A stretch of DNA of 64,000 nucleotides from Lama glama (lineage: Eukaryota), in NCBI GenBank assembly GCA_028534125.1, contig CM052816.1:83578001-83642000 (forward strand). The letters are read 5' to 3'. The notes beneath the pieces are model-generated. The model worked only from the letters and a program-made list of their open reading frames with translations. It did not search any database and had not been told where the DNA came from. Shown one piece after another: positions 1-14,153 of this stretch (position 1 is its first letter; each line of letters opens with the position of its first letter). The position numbers and the translations under genes were made by a program.

Positions 1-3000
1 AAAAAGTCTGTTCATATTTTGGTACATGAACTTCCAGATTTTTCTCCTTTGGTTTACACATTATTTAACATACGGTGACACAGACATGGTATGTAGAAAT
101 TAATGGGATACATGTAAAATAAAATTTTATAGAGAGACATTTTTGTTGTATAGTCAGCTGAGCGAGTAACATATTAGCTTTATTCTTATTTTTCCTCATT
201 GCTTCCTTTTAAAATATATCTTTTTTATATTAATATATTTGGGAAACAAGAGTCTATGTGTTTTGGGTTCAAATTACTGAAGAAGGTAGATATACTACAG
301 CATATTTAGTGGGGATTAGGTAACATTAAGTTAAATGATCAAACAAAAACAAATCCTGGCAGATATGAATAGACTGAGTTTGCTTTGAAGAAGATATATG
401 CAACCTCAAAACTAAAGAGAAAAGCATGATTTTTATTTTCTTTCTTTTGCTTGCCACTGACTTATTATTTTAATACAAATTTATCTTAGAAATTGCATTA
501 TTATTTAAATAATTTTTTAAAAAATTTCACTATGGCTCATAAGGAATTATGGTTTTGTTAAAATAATAAGAAATAATATTAAATTTTAAAAACTACATAT
601 GGAGTATGCTAAGGAATTTGAAATATAATGGGGTAGATCTATGTATTTCATAATTTGTCTCTAGTGTGGTTTTTCCCCATCAACTTGGAACCATATAATG
701 TTTATATGCATTTAATATCTGTATACCTCTGTATTTCTGATTTTACTGTGATCATGTAACAGTAAATATGGATCCAAGTTGTCAGCTCTTATGACTATGT
801 AATGTTGCATTTATAGACATATCTTAACTTAAATAAGTAAAGTTTACTGCTCCATTAACATGACTTTATTTACCTTGTCAAGAGATTAGATATGCATTTT
901 AGTTGCTTTAATTTTTGAAGATTACTGATATAGGTTACTTTACAAATAATATATTTTGTTAACATGTCCTCTTATTACATTGCTTTTTTAGATGTTAGAG
1001 TCATATCTGTTTTGTTTAAACAAAATAAGTAAATGAGAATGATCATTTGGTGATTTCACTCAGTTTAACAATTCCAGTGTCAATTTCTCCATATTTTTTC
1101 ATATATTCTTGCTTATAATCTGATTTAGCAAAGTATTGACAGAAAGTTCCATGTCAAGAGAGTAGACAGGTTTTGTGAGTAAAGAGAAAGATTAGTCTAT
1201 AAAGAGCTATATGGTTTTCAATTTTGTACCTGCTCTATCAAATACTATTAGAAATAAGACATGACTTATTTTTTTAGAACCATCTCATTTACCAAAAAAA
1301 CCCATAAAAAACAAAAAAAAACCCTTTGGTTTCATGGTAATTACTATATAAATAGCAGGTGAAAAATAAAAATGTAAACTGCAATACAGTAATGGATAAT
1401 ACTTCATTTCAAATATAAAATTTTATATACATAGCACTTAGCAATTTAATAAAAAATAGAAGTAGAAAAACATTTAGAAACAATCAAGTTACAAGGGTAT
1501 TTAATAAAATAAATGAATTAATCAGTCCAAGTAGAACATCTGGTTACCTCTGTTTAGAAACCATTACGCAGAGTTAATGCCTTTCCATTTTCTAATGTAC
1601 ATACTTAAGCTGTAAGTCCATTTGTTGTCAAAGGAAGTCCTCTTGGCCTAGCTGTGGTGCTGGATAAGTGTGGTCTTTGCTCTCTCTACTGCTGCGTTTA
1701 CAGATAGTATATTGATACATACAACTTTGACTCACCAAGGTCACATCTTACAGCAGGTAATAGGACTTTAGTTGGGTTTTCTCATGACAAGAAATGGATT
1801 TTTTCTTTACTCGTTTAGAAAAATCTGGATCAATGTCACCCAGATCTCAGAGGCACTAAACAGGCAAAAGTCAGCAGAAGGGATGGATGTCAAAAGCAAA
1901 AGTAGATATTTTAACAACATCTGCCTAGATTCTTCTGGCTATTCATTTACATGGGCAGTTAAGACAGCTCACATTATCAGTGCCCATGAAGTTTCAGAGA
2001 GCCAAGAAACATTCAGTTGCTGGCTTAAAACAAATCATCCCCTGTGGATTGACTTCTATTCCTAGGCTCTAAAAGCCATTTAAAAATATTCAGTAAAATT
2101 ACAGAAATTAGGGCATTATACTTAAGTTCTAAAGGGCTTTGCTCAAATTTCATGCAACTAAAGAGCTACTCATTAGAAAAAATTGAACAAAATATGATGG
2201 AAGTGAGGAAACAGGGTCTGTCACTTTTCAAATATAAACCTGAAAAATCCACTAAGATTCTCTGTGATTAGTTTCTATACTCAGAAGATGATATTGTGAA
2301 ATCAACCTGTAATGCCCTTTCTAGCAACAATATATATATTCCTCTGTGATTTATCTGTATTTCCACTAGAATTATCATTCCTATTGTTTAAGGTGACTTG
2401 CTGAAAATAAAAATAATTGACTTCTTGAATTACCATTTCTCAGCTATCCTCCATTCTTATGATTATCAAAATAAATTACATTTCTCTAAGTTTTGAACAA
2501 GATTATATTTTTGATCAAAGTATACTTTTTCTATTTATGTAACACTGATAATCTTGGTATACTATATATGCATAATGTAACCAAAGAGGTATACAAACTA
2601 AAGAATTATTATTAAAAAGTTTATATCTGCCTTGGAGGGATGAAGTTGAACTTTGCTGAAAGTTTGGGTTTGTTGTTTGATCTATTCCTTGAACTATCTT
2701 TTGAAGACAAAGATATGCAAGCTATTCTACTGCTATTGATACCTACAGTGCATGTGCAATGCACCTATTAGATTTTACACTTTGCTTTTTTACCCAGTTA
2801 CATTGTGTGTTCCTCCTTCTCTCAAAATATTTATAGAGATTTATAAAATATCTGAATTTTTATATATCTTACTAGCTTAAATTCTGGGTTATTTAATCTC
2901 TGAATACAGATGTTCAGAGATTCAATTCAGTAAATGATGTAGGATTAAGAGTGCAAATCAAACCAACCAAGGCTCAAGAAAACATTTGTATGTAAGTAGG

Positions 3001-3426
3001 AGATTTAAATTATTTTTGCAGACATAATTTCCTATACATTTTTTGAGTTTTTGTTTGTTTTAATATATCAAACTAGTATCGAATAGTTTCATTAAGGTGT
3101 CCATGGGCATTCCTAAATTGCTGCTTCTACTAAATGGAAGCTTCAGGAAATTAAAATGCCAATTTTACCATAGTTATTAAGCAAGTTTTCTAAATTATCC
3201 AGGAGACACTGTGGTGTAGCATTGAGTTAAAAGTCTAATGAAAATTAAAGAGGTTAACTAACAGTTTTGCTCACAGATTCTTGCTGTAGCATAGTAAACA
3301 GAAAGTTGGAAAAAGAGCAAACATTTTGTGTAATCAGCATCTATTTAGTCTGCTTTTCCAAGAACTTTGACCTTTCTATAGTATTATTGCATTACAGTTT
3401 CTTCTGTTCAGACTCCCTGACTGTTT

Positions 3427-3448
3427 ATATATATATATATATATATAT
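3427..3448. repeat. (TA)n microsatellite
   Basis: Direct read of a tatata... run. Confidence 0.9.
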
Positions 3449-3962
3449 CTTTAAACTAATGTAAAAATTGTGTTTGAAAAATTTCTTTTGAAATTCTTAG
3501 TAAAAAAAAATACAGCTAAAAAATAGAGGGATGGTTTGTGAAGCCAAGGTGGTGCTACAAATTCACCCACTGATAATCATTTTTGCTGTAAATATATTAC
3601 AGTGATGAACAGTATGTAAAATAAAAGCTGCAGAGCCAGGTTTATAAAAAAGAAGATCTACAACTGATAAAAAAGAGCATCAATTTAAAAAAACAGTGCA
3701 CACACTATGCCATTGTTTAACGGAGCTTTAGTCCATTATGCAATGATGGCCAGAAATCTGGCTCCTGCAGCATAACAGGTACTAAATACACTCCATACAC
3801 AGCAAAGAAACTGGATTTAGCCTCACAGGTGGAAGTTAAGAGAGAGAAGCAGAGAGAAAGAGGGGAAAAAAGAGAAGGAAAGAGGAGAGGAGAGGAAAGA
3901 GAAAGCAAAGGAGAGAGAAATCTAAAATAATAAGAAAACAATAAAACTAAAAATAAGAGATA

Positions 3963-6900
3963 GCCAAGATGGCACAGTAGAGGGACTACTAGCTCACCCT
4001 CCCCTGCGAATACATCAAAAACTACATCTACGTATGGAACAATTTGCACAGAACACCTACTGCACTATGGCAGAATAGCTCTTACTTTAGAATACAAGAA
4101 GAATTCGCACAAAACAGGTAGAGAAAAAAATAAATAAATAAAAAGGAAATTGGTGCAGAACTAATTGCCCAGGGAGGGAACAGCAAAGGAAGAAAAGCAC
4201 CCTCACCCTGGGAAGCCCCTCTCCAGTGGGGAGGTCAGTGGGGACATCAGCAGGGACAGAAAGGGAGCTTCAGAGGCTTGGAGGAGGAAGTAGCAGCAGC
4301 TTGGCAGACAGAACTGAGGGAAACCAGTACAGAGGGTACTTGTGATCCCTAGCCCAAGCCATGAGCTGGCAGGGTCAGGCGGGACTGGCTGCTGGAGCCA
4401 GGGCTTCTGCGGATGAATCCAGGGAGAGAACTGGCTTTGGATGAATAGAGGCAGCCTCAGGTGGCTGGGGTGTGGTGTAGGCTGAGGCGTGGTGCAGGCT
4501 GAGGCTGGGAAAAAGCACGCATCAGCCTGGCTCCCTTCATAGAGAGCACCACTGCTGGTGCACATGGAGGAGGGGCACAGTGTAGCCCAGCCTGGTAGCC
4601 ATCTCCACTAGCCCAGAGGGCACTGCTCAGCACCACTGCTGGTGCACATTCTCGTGAGAAGGGAAGCAGGGTTCAGACACAGCCATCTCCTTGGCTTTCT
4701 CTGGAGGGGCACAATCACTGGTGTGTGGTTCCCGGGAGGAGACTGACAACTGAATGCAGACCCTGAGGTCCTGCAACTTCCCAGGCAGGAATGAGATCTG
4801 ATTCCAGCCCTAGGCAGCAGTGGCAGATTTGCTACCCTGGTGCCTCTGTGGACCCAAGCCTCTAAGACAAATGAGCAGAGTTCTGTCACATGGCAAAGGA
4901 AGGTTTGGTGTTAACAGTGGGCCTGCATACTGTATGTGGATGTGGAGCTGGCCCTGTGGCGCCCAGTGGATCCTGGTATGTGACTGCATGTGCATTATGG
5001 CTGGTTCTACTGCTTGACATCAGCACGTCTGCACTGGTGCCTCTGTGGGTGCTGAACTGGGGGGACACCAGAGCGGGTTGCTGACATTCTTGTGGCTGAG
5101 GTGGGGACAAGGGCAGCATCAACGAAGTGTAATTTGCAAGCCCTCATAACAAGTGACAGACAGCACCACAGAGGGCCCTTCTAGGTGGACATCTCTGTCA
5201 GAGGAATACTAAATAGCTACTCTTCCAGTAGAAGTGCTCCAGTCCTGCCTACCACACACTGGAGCTCAGAAACGGGTCTGGAAGCCTCTATTTCAATAAC
5301 AGGGAAGCAGACCCAGCACTTGTCAGGGCTATCACAACCACAGAGCAAAGAGGAGGCCCTGCTCAACAACCAGGGCAGGCTCTGGTCACAACACCAGCCA
5401 CACCCCCAGGCAAGGCGGTAACAGCCAGCAACATGGAAGAAAGGCGTGGCGGCCATCCATACTAAAAACAGCCCTCACAAAAAAAAATTATTAGATGCAC
5501 AGTCTACACAGAGACACTCCCACATTAAAAAAGAAAGCCCTTGCACACCACGGTAGACAACTGTGACTCCTAAACTCACAGAGTCAAAGAAATATAAGTA
5601 AAATAAAGAAGCAGAGGAACCACTCCCAATTAAAAAAACAAGAGAAGTGCCCTGAAACAATAAAACAGACCTCGACAATCTACTAGATCCTGACTTCAAA
5701 AAAGAGATGATAAAAATACTGAAGAGTATAAGAGATTATCAATAGAAATGCAGAATATTATAAAAAGGAAACAGAAACTATAAGGAGCCAATTAAAATCA
5801 GAAAATTCAATTGCTGAGACAAAAGCTGAGCTAAACATAGTCAAAAGCAGATTAAATAATGCAGAAGAACAAATAAGTGATTTAGAAGACAAGGTAATGG
5901 AAAGCAGCCATCAGAACAACAGACAGAAAATCAAGTGAAAACCCAAAATGACTACCCACTGAATGGGAGAAAATATTTGCAAACAATGCAACTGACAAGG
6001 TTTAATTTCCAGATTACATAAACAGCTCATACAACTGAATAAGAAAGAAACTAACAACCCAAACTCAAACTGTGCACACCTAAACAAGCAATTCTTCAAC
6101 GAAGACATACAAATGGCCAATAGGCACGTTGGGGAAAAAAAAAAAAGCTCCATATTGGTAATTATCAGAGAAATACAAATCAAAACTACAATGAGGTATC
6201 ACCTCACAACAGTCAGAATGGCCATCATTCAAAAGTTCATAAAGGATAAATGCTGGAGAGGGTGTGGAGAAAAGGGAACACTCCTACAATGCTGGTGGGA
6301 ATGTAGTTTGGTGAAGCCATTATGGAAAACAGTATGGAGATTCCTCAAAAAATTAAAAATAGACTTATCATATGATCCAACAATCCCACTCCTGGGCATA
6401 TATCTGGAGGGAACTCTAATTCTAAAAGATGCATGCACCCAATGTTCATATCAGCACTATTTACAATAGCCAAGACATAGAAACAATCTAAATGTTCATC
6501 AACAGATGACTGGATAAAGAAGCAGTGGTATATTTATATAATGGAATACTACTCAGCCATAAAAAGAATAAAAGAATGCCATTTGCAGCAACATGGATGG
6601 ACTTCGGGATCATCATTCTAAATGAAGTAAGCCCAAAAGAGAAAGAAATATATCATGATATCACTTGTATGTAGAATCTAAAACAAACTAACAAACCCAC
6701 AGAAGGACTTACTTACGAAACGGAAACAGACTCACAGACATAGAAAACAAACTTATGGTTACCAGAAGGGGAAAGGGGTGGGAAGGGATAAATTGGGAGT
6801 TTGAGATTTGCAGATACTAACAACTATATATAAAATAGATAAACAGTAAGTTTCTTCTGTATGGCACAGGGAGCTATATTCAATATCTTGTAGTAACCTA

Positions 6901-7008
6901 TAATGAAAAAGAATATGAAAAGGAATGTATGTATGACTAAAACATTATGCTGTACACCAGAAATTGACACAGCATTGTAAACTGACTATACTTAAATTTA
7001 AAAAAAAA
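3963..7008 (+). mobile_element. Young cetartiodactyl-type LINE-1 with 5' UTR, N-terminal ORF1, large internal deletion, ORF2 C-terminus, 3' UTR and A-tail
   Basis: Starts with an L1-type 5' end carrying YY1 motif AAGATGGC (3966-3973). ORF1 remnant from ~5603 (KKQRNHSQLK...DPDFKKEMIKIL...SRLNNAEEQISDLEDK). Joins at ~5935-5950 to the ORF2 C-terminus (PTEWEKIFAN...[14 protein letters not shown]...CWWEC...[31 protein letters not shown] 6113-6469). A-tail at ~7000-7008. Degenerate TSD aaaataagagata (3950-3962) / aaaaacagagata (7004-7016). Confidence 0.93.
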
Positions 7009-7019
7009 CAGAGATAAAC

Positions 7020-9250
7020 CTAATTCTAAGAAAGATAACTAACAAATTCTATAATTAAAACACATATTCACAACAGGAAATAATTATGTTATCTAACTTG
7101 GAAAGATATTAAGAATATTGAAGACATTCATGGAGACAAAATTAAGATATCTGTCTTTAAAATGTATAGACAAAAATTATTAAACAAAAATGTATACAGA
7201 TATTATGAATTGGTGCTAAGGAAACAGTATGAAAAATTAGTAACCTTTAATAAAATTTAAGTTATGCATATACTATTAAGGGTTTGAGACACAACAGAAT
7301 GCACACAAAGCACATTTAGTGAATTGAAACATGATCCTAAGAATTCCATTCCAAATGAAGCAGAGAAAAATTCCACATCTCAGTACCATGTGAGTAGTCA
7401 CAAGAGAACTATGAATCCCCTGTAACAATGAAAACAAGCTAGAAAATTAACAGATTATTTAAGCATACAAGAGTGCTCATGCCACAAAGAAAACCAATGA
7501 ACTAATGTCCAATTTGATGAATACTCTTGTCAACAAAGAGGCCCACATATGCTTTCATCTTTGGTGGGGCAATAGGAAGAGGATGAAAAGCAAAGAAAGC
7601 AGGTAAGAACCTTAATAACTCTTTTAAAGGCAAAGTGAGGGCTAACCTAAGAGTATAAACCTTGAGAGTAAAAACAGACTTTAACAATCAGACAGTTCTT
7701 TTCATCAGTCTTTACTAAGTACTCACAAAAAGGTTGGAGGCAAAGAGAGACTTCCCAATGACATATAGATATATCAGACCTGAAAGTATTAGGAAAAGGT
7801 AGGAAAATCGGTAATGAGCTCTATAGGCACTTCAAGCCTTTTCTGGGTCTAAGATAGCAGCCCTGTACCATTGGGAGATAGCAGAGGAGGTAACTGAGAC
7901 AGCTAAATTCCAGACGTGGGACCCTCCGATGACTGAGAAAAAGTCTCCCTGAATCTTAGAGGGAGTATCAAACACTGGATTTGTGCATTTGGAAGAGGGG
8001 CAGGAGAACTGAGAAAGAGAGAGATCTCTTCTGCTTGCAATAATGCAGGACTAACAGAAGATGGAAGAAAGGTAATTGAAATCTGACTTCCTGCAAAATA
8101 GAAGCTTCTGATCCTGAACTGAAGTAATTTGAAGTATGCAATGAACTGACTCTAACAAAAGCAAGATGATTAAAATGATAATAATAGCAATAATAATAAA
8201 CAGCTATTCCATCATGGACTTGATTGCCTCAGAAAGTATTCTGCTTGACAGAAGAGAAAGTTTGCCATTTTCTGTATATGAATATTACTACGTAAATCTC
8301 TAATGATATTCTACCAAAATATCTGGCATTCTATTGAAAACAAAATTATAAAGCACAAAAGAACATGATAATACAGCACATCATCTAGAAAGGAAATAGT
8401 CAACAGAACAAGATAGACATATAACAGATTTGGACATTAGCATATATTTGGACATTAGCATATGAAGATAAATGCATTAAGGACTCTAATAAATAAAGGG
8501 GAACAGCATTCCTAGCATGGCAGAGAGGAAAGTGAAATAAAACAAATAAATAAAAGAATAATGGAAATGCTTGAACTGATAAGTGCTATATATTTCTGGT
8601 TTAGCAGGAGAGAAAAAATCCAATGAATTCTCAAACAGGTCAAAAATACAAATATAGTTGAAATTACAGCAAGGAAAAATCAAACTAAAAAAGCAAAAAG
8701 AGAAAAGATAAATCTGAAATTTGTAGGAAATATAATACCACCTATCAAACTTAGCATTGGGATGTCATAAGAAGTATGAGAAATAATGAATTAGACATTA
8801 AAAATATCTGAGGGATAATGATTTAGAATTTTTTAATCAATAAAAGACATTAACCCAGATATTCATAAAGCTCAGCATATGTCAAGCAGGATACATGGAG
8901 AGAAGAGTACAACCATGCACACTGTATTTAAGTTGCACAAAATTATAATAATATTTATAATATTTTAAAAGATGGGGAAAAGGAAGTATCAAAAGGGAAA
9001 ACAATTGGAATAATATCTTGCTGCATCAAATAAACAATGGAAGTCAATAAACAATGACATGACATATAAAAAGTTGTGAGAGAAAACAACAGTCAACCTA
9101 CAATTCTACAATCAGTGAAAATAATCCTTTATCAATAAGGTCAAAATAAATACATATTTAGGTAAGAACAGAAAGAATGTTTCTTGAATAGAATTGCAGT
9201 ATAAGAAATGAAAACAAAAAGGAAAATGTATTTTTTGTTATTTTTTTTAG
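7020..9250 (+). mobile_element. Old, highly degenerate L1M fragments (5' region/ORF1-like)
   Basis: A-rich. ORF1-like remnants at ~8700-9160 (aacccagatattcataaagctcagc..., caacctacaattctacaatcagtgaaaataatcc). Boundaries uncertain. Confidence 0.55.
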
Positions 9251-9494
9251 CCAGTAAAATGATATCTAATGGAAAAAGTCTTCTAAAAAAAAAGAGAAAA
9301 ACATACAAGTAGAAATGATCATGATGTAGATTAACAATTAAGGGTGTTTTTTCTTATCAACAAATTGCTTAGAAAAAATCATCAAATACATGTTTAGAGC
9401 TGATCCCTAGGCAAATTTTGTCTCACTGGGGAGAAATTCTGTGCTCTGAACATGGAGTCATCACAACAATCAACTATAACAACATCAGTCATTT

Positions 9495-9690
9495 GGCATA
9501 AGATTTTGACTCACATAATTCTGAGTTTAATCCATGCTCCAGCCGTTGCTTTGTGAACAAGTAAATTTTCATGACTGTGCAAGAAGTCTTATACTCCTCA
9601 TTTGTATAATAGGAGCCATCAGATATCCTTACAAGAATGTGGCAAGAATGAGAAATGAATAAACAAAATCATCAAGTACAGTGCTTTACA
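9495..9690 (+). mobile_element. MIR SINE remnant
   Basis: ctgagtttaatccatgctcc...ctcctcatttgtataatagg...ccttacaagaatgtggcaagaatgagaaatgaat resembles the MIR core. Confidence 0.55.
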
Positions 9691-10342
9691 TCTTAGACCT
9701 TCTCATTGCTTCTACAGTTAATTTTTTGTTCCATGGACAGAATGAGACAACTTGGCATGATTTATTTTAGGGAGTAAAGTGATGAATGGAGCAAAGTGAA
9801 GGAAGAGAAGAGAAAGTAAGAACATCATTTGCATGACAGCTATAAATTTCAGAGAAGAATGGATATGCTGACAATCCCACTGGAAATCTTGCTTGGGCTC
9901 AGAAGTTAAGTGAAGGAATCATCCAAATGAATATCAATGATATCAATGGTTATTTGGCATATTCATATGGTGAAATACAACCCAGATGTATCGACACAAA
10001 TAATGAAAACTCAAAAGTAATTTGACTAATAATCTATCTATAGTATGAGATAATTGTTTTACATTACACAGATAATATAAATTTTTATTTTTATGGTGAA
10101 AAAATTAAAATACATAAAAATTACAGCAAAAAAATAAAGGCCAATGTATCCACCCTTACGCCATCAAATTAAAGTGTACTGTCATACTTATAAAGTTTTC
10201 ATAGAACAATAAAATAACACATGTATATTTGAAGTCCCTTCCCACTTTATTTTCCACATTCTTAATCATTTTCTCTCCCAAGAGGGAACCACTACACCAC
10301 ACTTGACATATATTATTACCCTGTGTTTTCAGCACATTTTGT

Positions 10343-10797
10343 ATGATACGGATGGGGTTCAAGACACTACTCTAAAATATGGCACCTTGGTTTATTAAAT
10401 ATTTAAGGCTGAAGGAGTTTGAGAAAAAAAAGCAGAAGCAAGAAGGTCACTCTGACTTTCTGCCCTTTTCTTCTGAAACAGGTCATAAAACCCTCATGTG
10501 AGCCCTCCCCATATGCAGAGGAAAGGAGCATCCTTATCTCCAAAGACAAAGGGATACGGGGGAGAATTCGAACAAAGAGACCTTGCTGTGTTTCCCTCAT
10601 TTTCCTACATTCACCTCACATTTTTATGCAATCACCCACTCTTCATCAAACCTAGCATAAAAATACTCAGGTCTGTTTCTTCGGGTCCTCATTTCCCCAA
10701 GAGTTCTTCCATGTCACATGAAACAAATATTAAATCCATTTTCAGACTCGGCCAGGGACCCTAATAAGGTCAAGGGGGACTTTTCCTTTCCCTAGCA
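10343..10797 (+). mobile_element. ERV1-class solo LTR (MER34/MER39-like)
   Basis: ggttcaagacactactctaaaatatggcaccttgg...ggctgaaggagtttgagaa...ggtcactctgac...aggagcatccttatctc matches recalled MER34/39-group consensus. Ends ...ccctagca. Confidence 0.65.
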
Positions 10798-11104
10798 TGC
10801 TCTCCATAAACAACATTCTTAATCTGTATTTTAATTCTTTATGTACTTTAAAGGTCATTTAAAAACTGATTTTTAAGAATGATACATTTCATGATTTAGC
10901 ACTTTGGGTACATTTCATTCTGGTTCATGACATTTAATTATGTTACATACTTCTCTGTCTGAAAGGAGTTTTAAAAATAATTTCTAATATCTGAGATTTA
11001 TATTACATAAAGAAATCAAATATGTAACTTAAAAAGTATGCAGAGGCAGATATATAATCTATCTATAATATAATGTATAATCTATAATGTATAATGTACA
11101 ATCT

Positions 11105-11205
11105 TAGTTATATGTGGAATCTAAAAAAAAAAAAAGCCAAACTTATAGAATCAGACGGTGGAATAGTAGTTGCCAGGGGCTACAGGGTTGGAGGAAATGG
11201 AGGAA
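11105..11205 (+). mobile_element. Short L1 3' UTR fragment
   Basis: atatgtggaatctaaaaaa...aaacttatagaatcaga...gtagttgccaggggct is typical L1M 3' UTR. Confidence 0.7.
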
Positions 11206-11279
11206 ATAAAAAATATATATCCCAATGCAAGATTTAAGAGTGTAATTAGTTGAGACAGGATATGGAGGAGAATGCATCA

Positions 11280-11735
11280 GAGATTTGAGGAGAAAAGAAA
11301 ATCTATGAAACGGTCATCTAGGATTGAAGAATGGTTTATGATTTCTGCATAGTAAGATTCCCCTTAAGGTTCACTGTCAAAAACTCTGTGTGAGAACACT
11401 TGGCCAAGTATTTTTTTCTCCAGTTTCCTTCACTTGCATCAGAGTGTCATACATGGGATTTAATGAGGTCTGCGGCACTCTCAACCAAGTACAACAGCAG
11501 GGTGGTGAAAGAAATTGATCACATATTGAAGGGAATAATTGTTATGATTCTGCATGTAGTTAGACTCAGGGAGGAAGTAAAACAGGCCTTGAGCTGGATG
11601 ATCGTCAGGGAAAGGTGGTCAAACTGTTGGGTGCTGTGTCTGTTAGCGTCAAAAGATCAAGGAAGGTGGGATTTTTAGAGATTAAGATGGAAATCTAAGG
11701 GGTATTGGTCATAGATTGGGGTGCTTCAAATTAAG
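11280..11735 (-). mobile_element. L2 remnant
   Basis: Purine-rich, degenerate L2 ORF2-like sequence; recall only. Confidence 0.35.
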
Positions 11736-13109
11736 TAATCACACAGTAAATATTTTAAATAGAAAGTTATACTCAGAGATTTTTCAATTAACATAATATA
11801 GCAATACTGGAACATCATTTGAACAGGTGACATTTATTTCCAGGATAGGTCACGTGAATAGTGAAGATAAGCCCCTTCACATTTTCCTTTATTCACCTAA
11901 AAGCAGGATAGCATTTATTGGAGGAAGTTTAAGGCATCTCATCCAGCACTGCATTGCTGCACATGTACACAGTAGTGTTCTATAGTTCACCTGGAACTTA
12001 GCTCTCTGCAGTCTAAATTTCAGTCTTCAGACCTTCCTGAACAATTAGGCTACAGTCACAATACATATTTCTAATCTTCAGAATATGAAATGCTATTATT
12101 ATGGGAGACTCTTTTCATCTATGTAAATCCTTGCTTCCACCATGCCAGCTTAGCATGAATAAATTTTCTTATACAGTCATGGTCAGCTACAAAGACCATC
12201 ATAGTTTTGGTTAACTAGGGATTTTAGGTGGCCTATTGAATATCAATTTTCTAACTCTATACAATGAAGCTTGTTATTGAGATAAAACACTGGTGATCTT
12301 CAATGACCAGCTACTATAAAAACCCTTCCCAGCCTGTGTTTACCAAAATTAAAATCTAAAGACACCCATGTGGGCTGCTTCAGACTACTCTATGCAAAAA
12401 TCTTTTTTTTTAAGGTTTCAGGCCAATTCACTAAAAAGTTAAAATTTTAAGGCATGCACCTGTTTTTTATATATATGTATATATAAATTTTTATATATAT
12501 ATACATAAACATAAATTTTTCCCCTTTTGAGGTCGAAGCAAATTGAGAAATGAAACAGAAGACAGACATGCGAATTTAAGTTATGATTATAGTTTTACTA
12601 TTAATAAATACATTTATATAATATAGATTTAGATTGGTGGCCAAAAGAGTGACTCGCAGTTTATGAATTGTCATTTTTACTATCTAAACTATGGGATTCC
12701 CAACTTCAGAAAATTGGGGAAAAGGAGCAGCCTCACCTACCCAGGATTACTGCTTCCTATCAGTTTAAGATAGAGTGAAGAAGAAGAAGAAAAAGAACCC
12801 CTAGTTTCTTTCAGCCTTTTCAAGATCAATGCCTCAGAGTCAAGAAACATGGGCCAATAGATGTCACACACTCACCAATGAACATCAGCTTCCTAGGAGG
12901 GATGAGTGAAGGTGAGGGACAAATTTTCATTACAATTTACTAGCATGGAAGATGCTCCCTATGGAGCCTTAAACATAGAAGAAACACTACTCCTTGAGAA
13001 AATTAAAATTGTAAGATATTTAGACTTGAAACACGCTGATGCAAGTCAAAATCTATGTCAGGCAGCAAACCAACAAATATTCAGTGTAATTTTATAAACT
13101 TCAAAGTAC

Positions 13110-13740
13110 TTAACTAGAAATATATAAAAATAACTGTTCTAAATAACATGAACCAAAAGAAAGTGTAAGGAAGAAAATAATAAATATATAGATAGGAATA
13201 TCAAGCAGGGAACAGAGAAAGAAGGAGGAGAGAGATTAACAAGCTGAAGAAAAGTTTTAGGTAAAAATGTCAGCAAAGTATTAACATTTCTTAAAAGTTC
13301 TATCTGATGAAAAAGAATAAAAAGAGGGCATCAGTGACAAATCAAAAAACTTAGAAACTGGAAAATTATATAAGCACATATGGGTACAAAGGGCATTAAA
13401 CTTCAGAGTAAAGATTGAAATGATCGTTAGAGAACAGAGTATAAACAAAAGTATGCCAAAATTTTGAAAACGTAAGAATATTGAACTTGCCTCTGAAAAA
13501 ATAAAAAAGTAGAATTTATACTTCAGGAAGAGCTAGAAAACATCACACATCAGTTGTCATAAAAATAAGGTGGTAAAGTATCATGAATGAAAAGAAACTA
13601 GGGCCAGAGTCCTTCAGATCTGTTAAAACCAGTATTTAAGAAGCACATAATTAGCACTTTATATCAGTTTTTCAAGAAATTAAAAATGATCTATCCAATG
13701 TATTTTAGAAGAATATAATTGTGTCCATACATACACAAAC
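13110..13740 (+). mobile_element. Old L1 ORF2 remnant
   Basis: aaagtgtaaggaagaaaataataaatata..., tatgccaaaattttgaaaac, ctagggccagag... resemble L1M ORF2. Confidence 0.55.
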
Positions 13741-13982
13741 ACACAAATCTAGGAATGGAGGGAAAGACTTGTGTTCAGCAAGACTTCTATGCAGATAGCA
13801 CATTCTGCCTCTAGGACAGGTTGCCAAAGGTCTAGTGAATCCCTATAAAGTTCACAACCTGATCCCCAGAGACACTTCCCAAAACAGGGCATTATGTGTA
13901 TGGTATCAAAAAAGAAAAAATCTTTGACTTCACAGATCATTTTATTTAGTAGAAAAGATAATGTTTGTAATAATGTGGATGT

Positions 13983-14030
13983 AATAATAATAATAATAAC
14001 AATAATAATAACAATAATAATAATAATAAT
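13983..14030. repeat. (AAT)n microsatellite with AAC interruptions
   Basis: Direct read. Explains the poly-I/poly-L ORFs at 13749-14155. Confidence 0.95.
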
Positions 14031-14153
14031 ATGGTTATAAAATACAGAATATGCAAAGTAATGTAATAAGATTCCCCAAATCTGTATAAGTAAAATAAAT
14101 GATTCAGTGGAAAGAGGGTACAAGGAGAAATCAAAGTGTATATAGAAATAGTC

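Noticed and set aside
1704..1756. Possible 53-nt + strand exon (ttacag|...cag|gtaata)
   Set aside because: Moderate donor, unrecognised peptide; expected by chance in 64 kb.
4203..5456. Cluster of overlapping ORFs on both strands
   Set aside because: All lie in the GC-rich L1 5' UTR, where stops are sparse; no coherent product.
8429..8464. Short tandem duplication (tttggacattagcatat x2)
   Set aside because: Ordinary slippage duplication inside an old L1.
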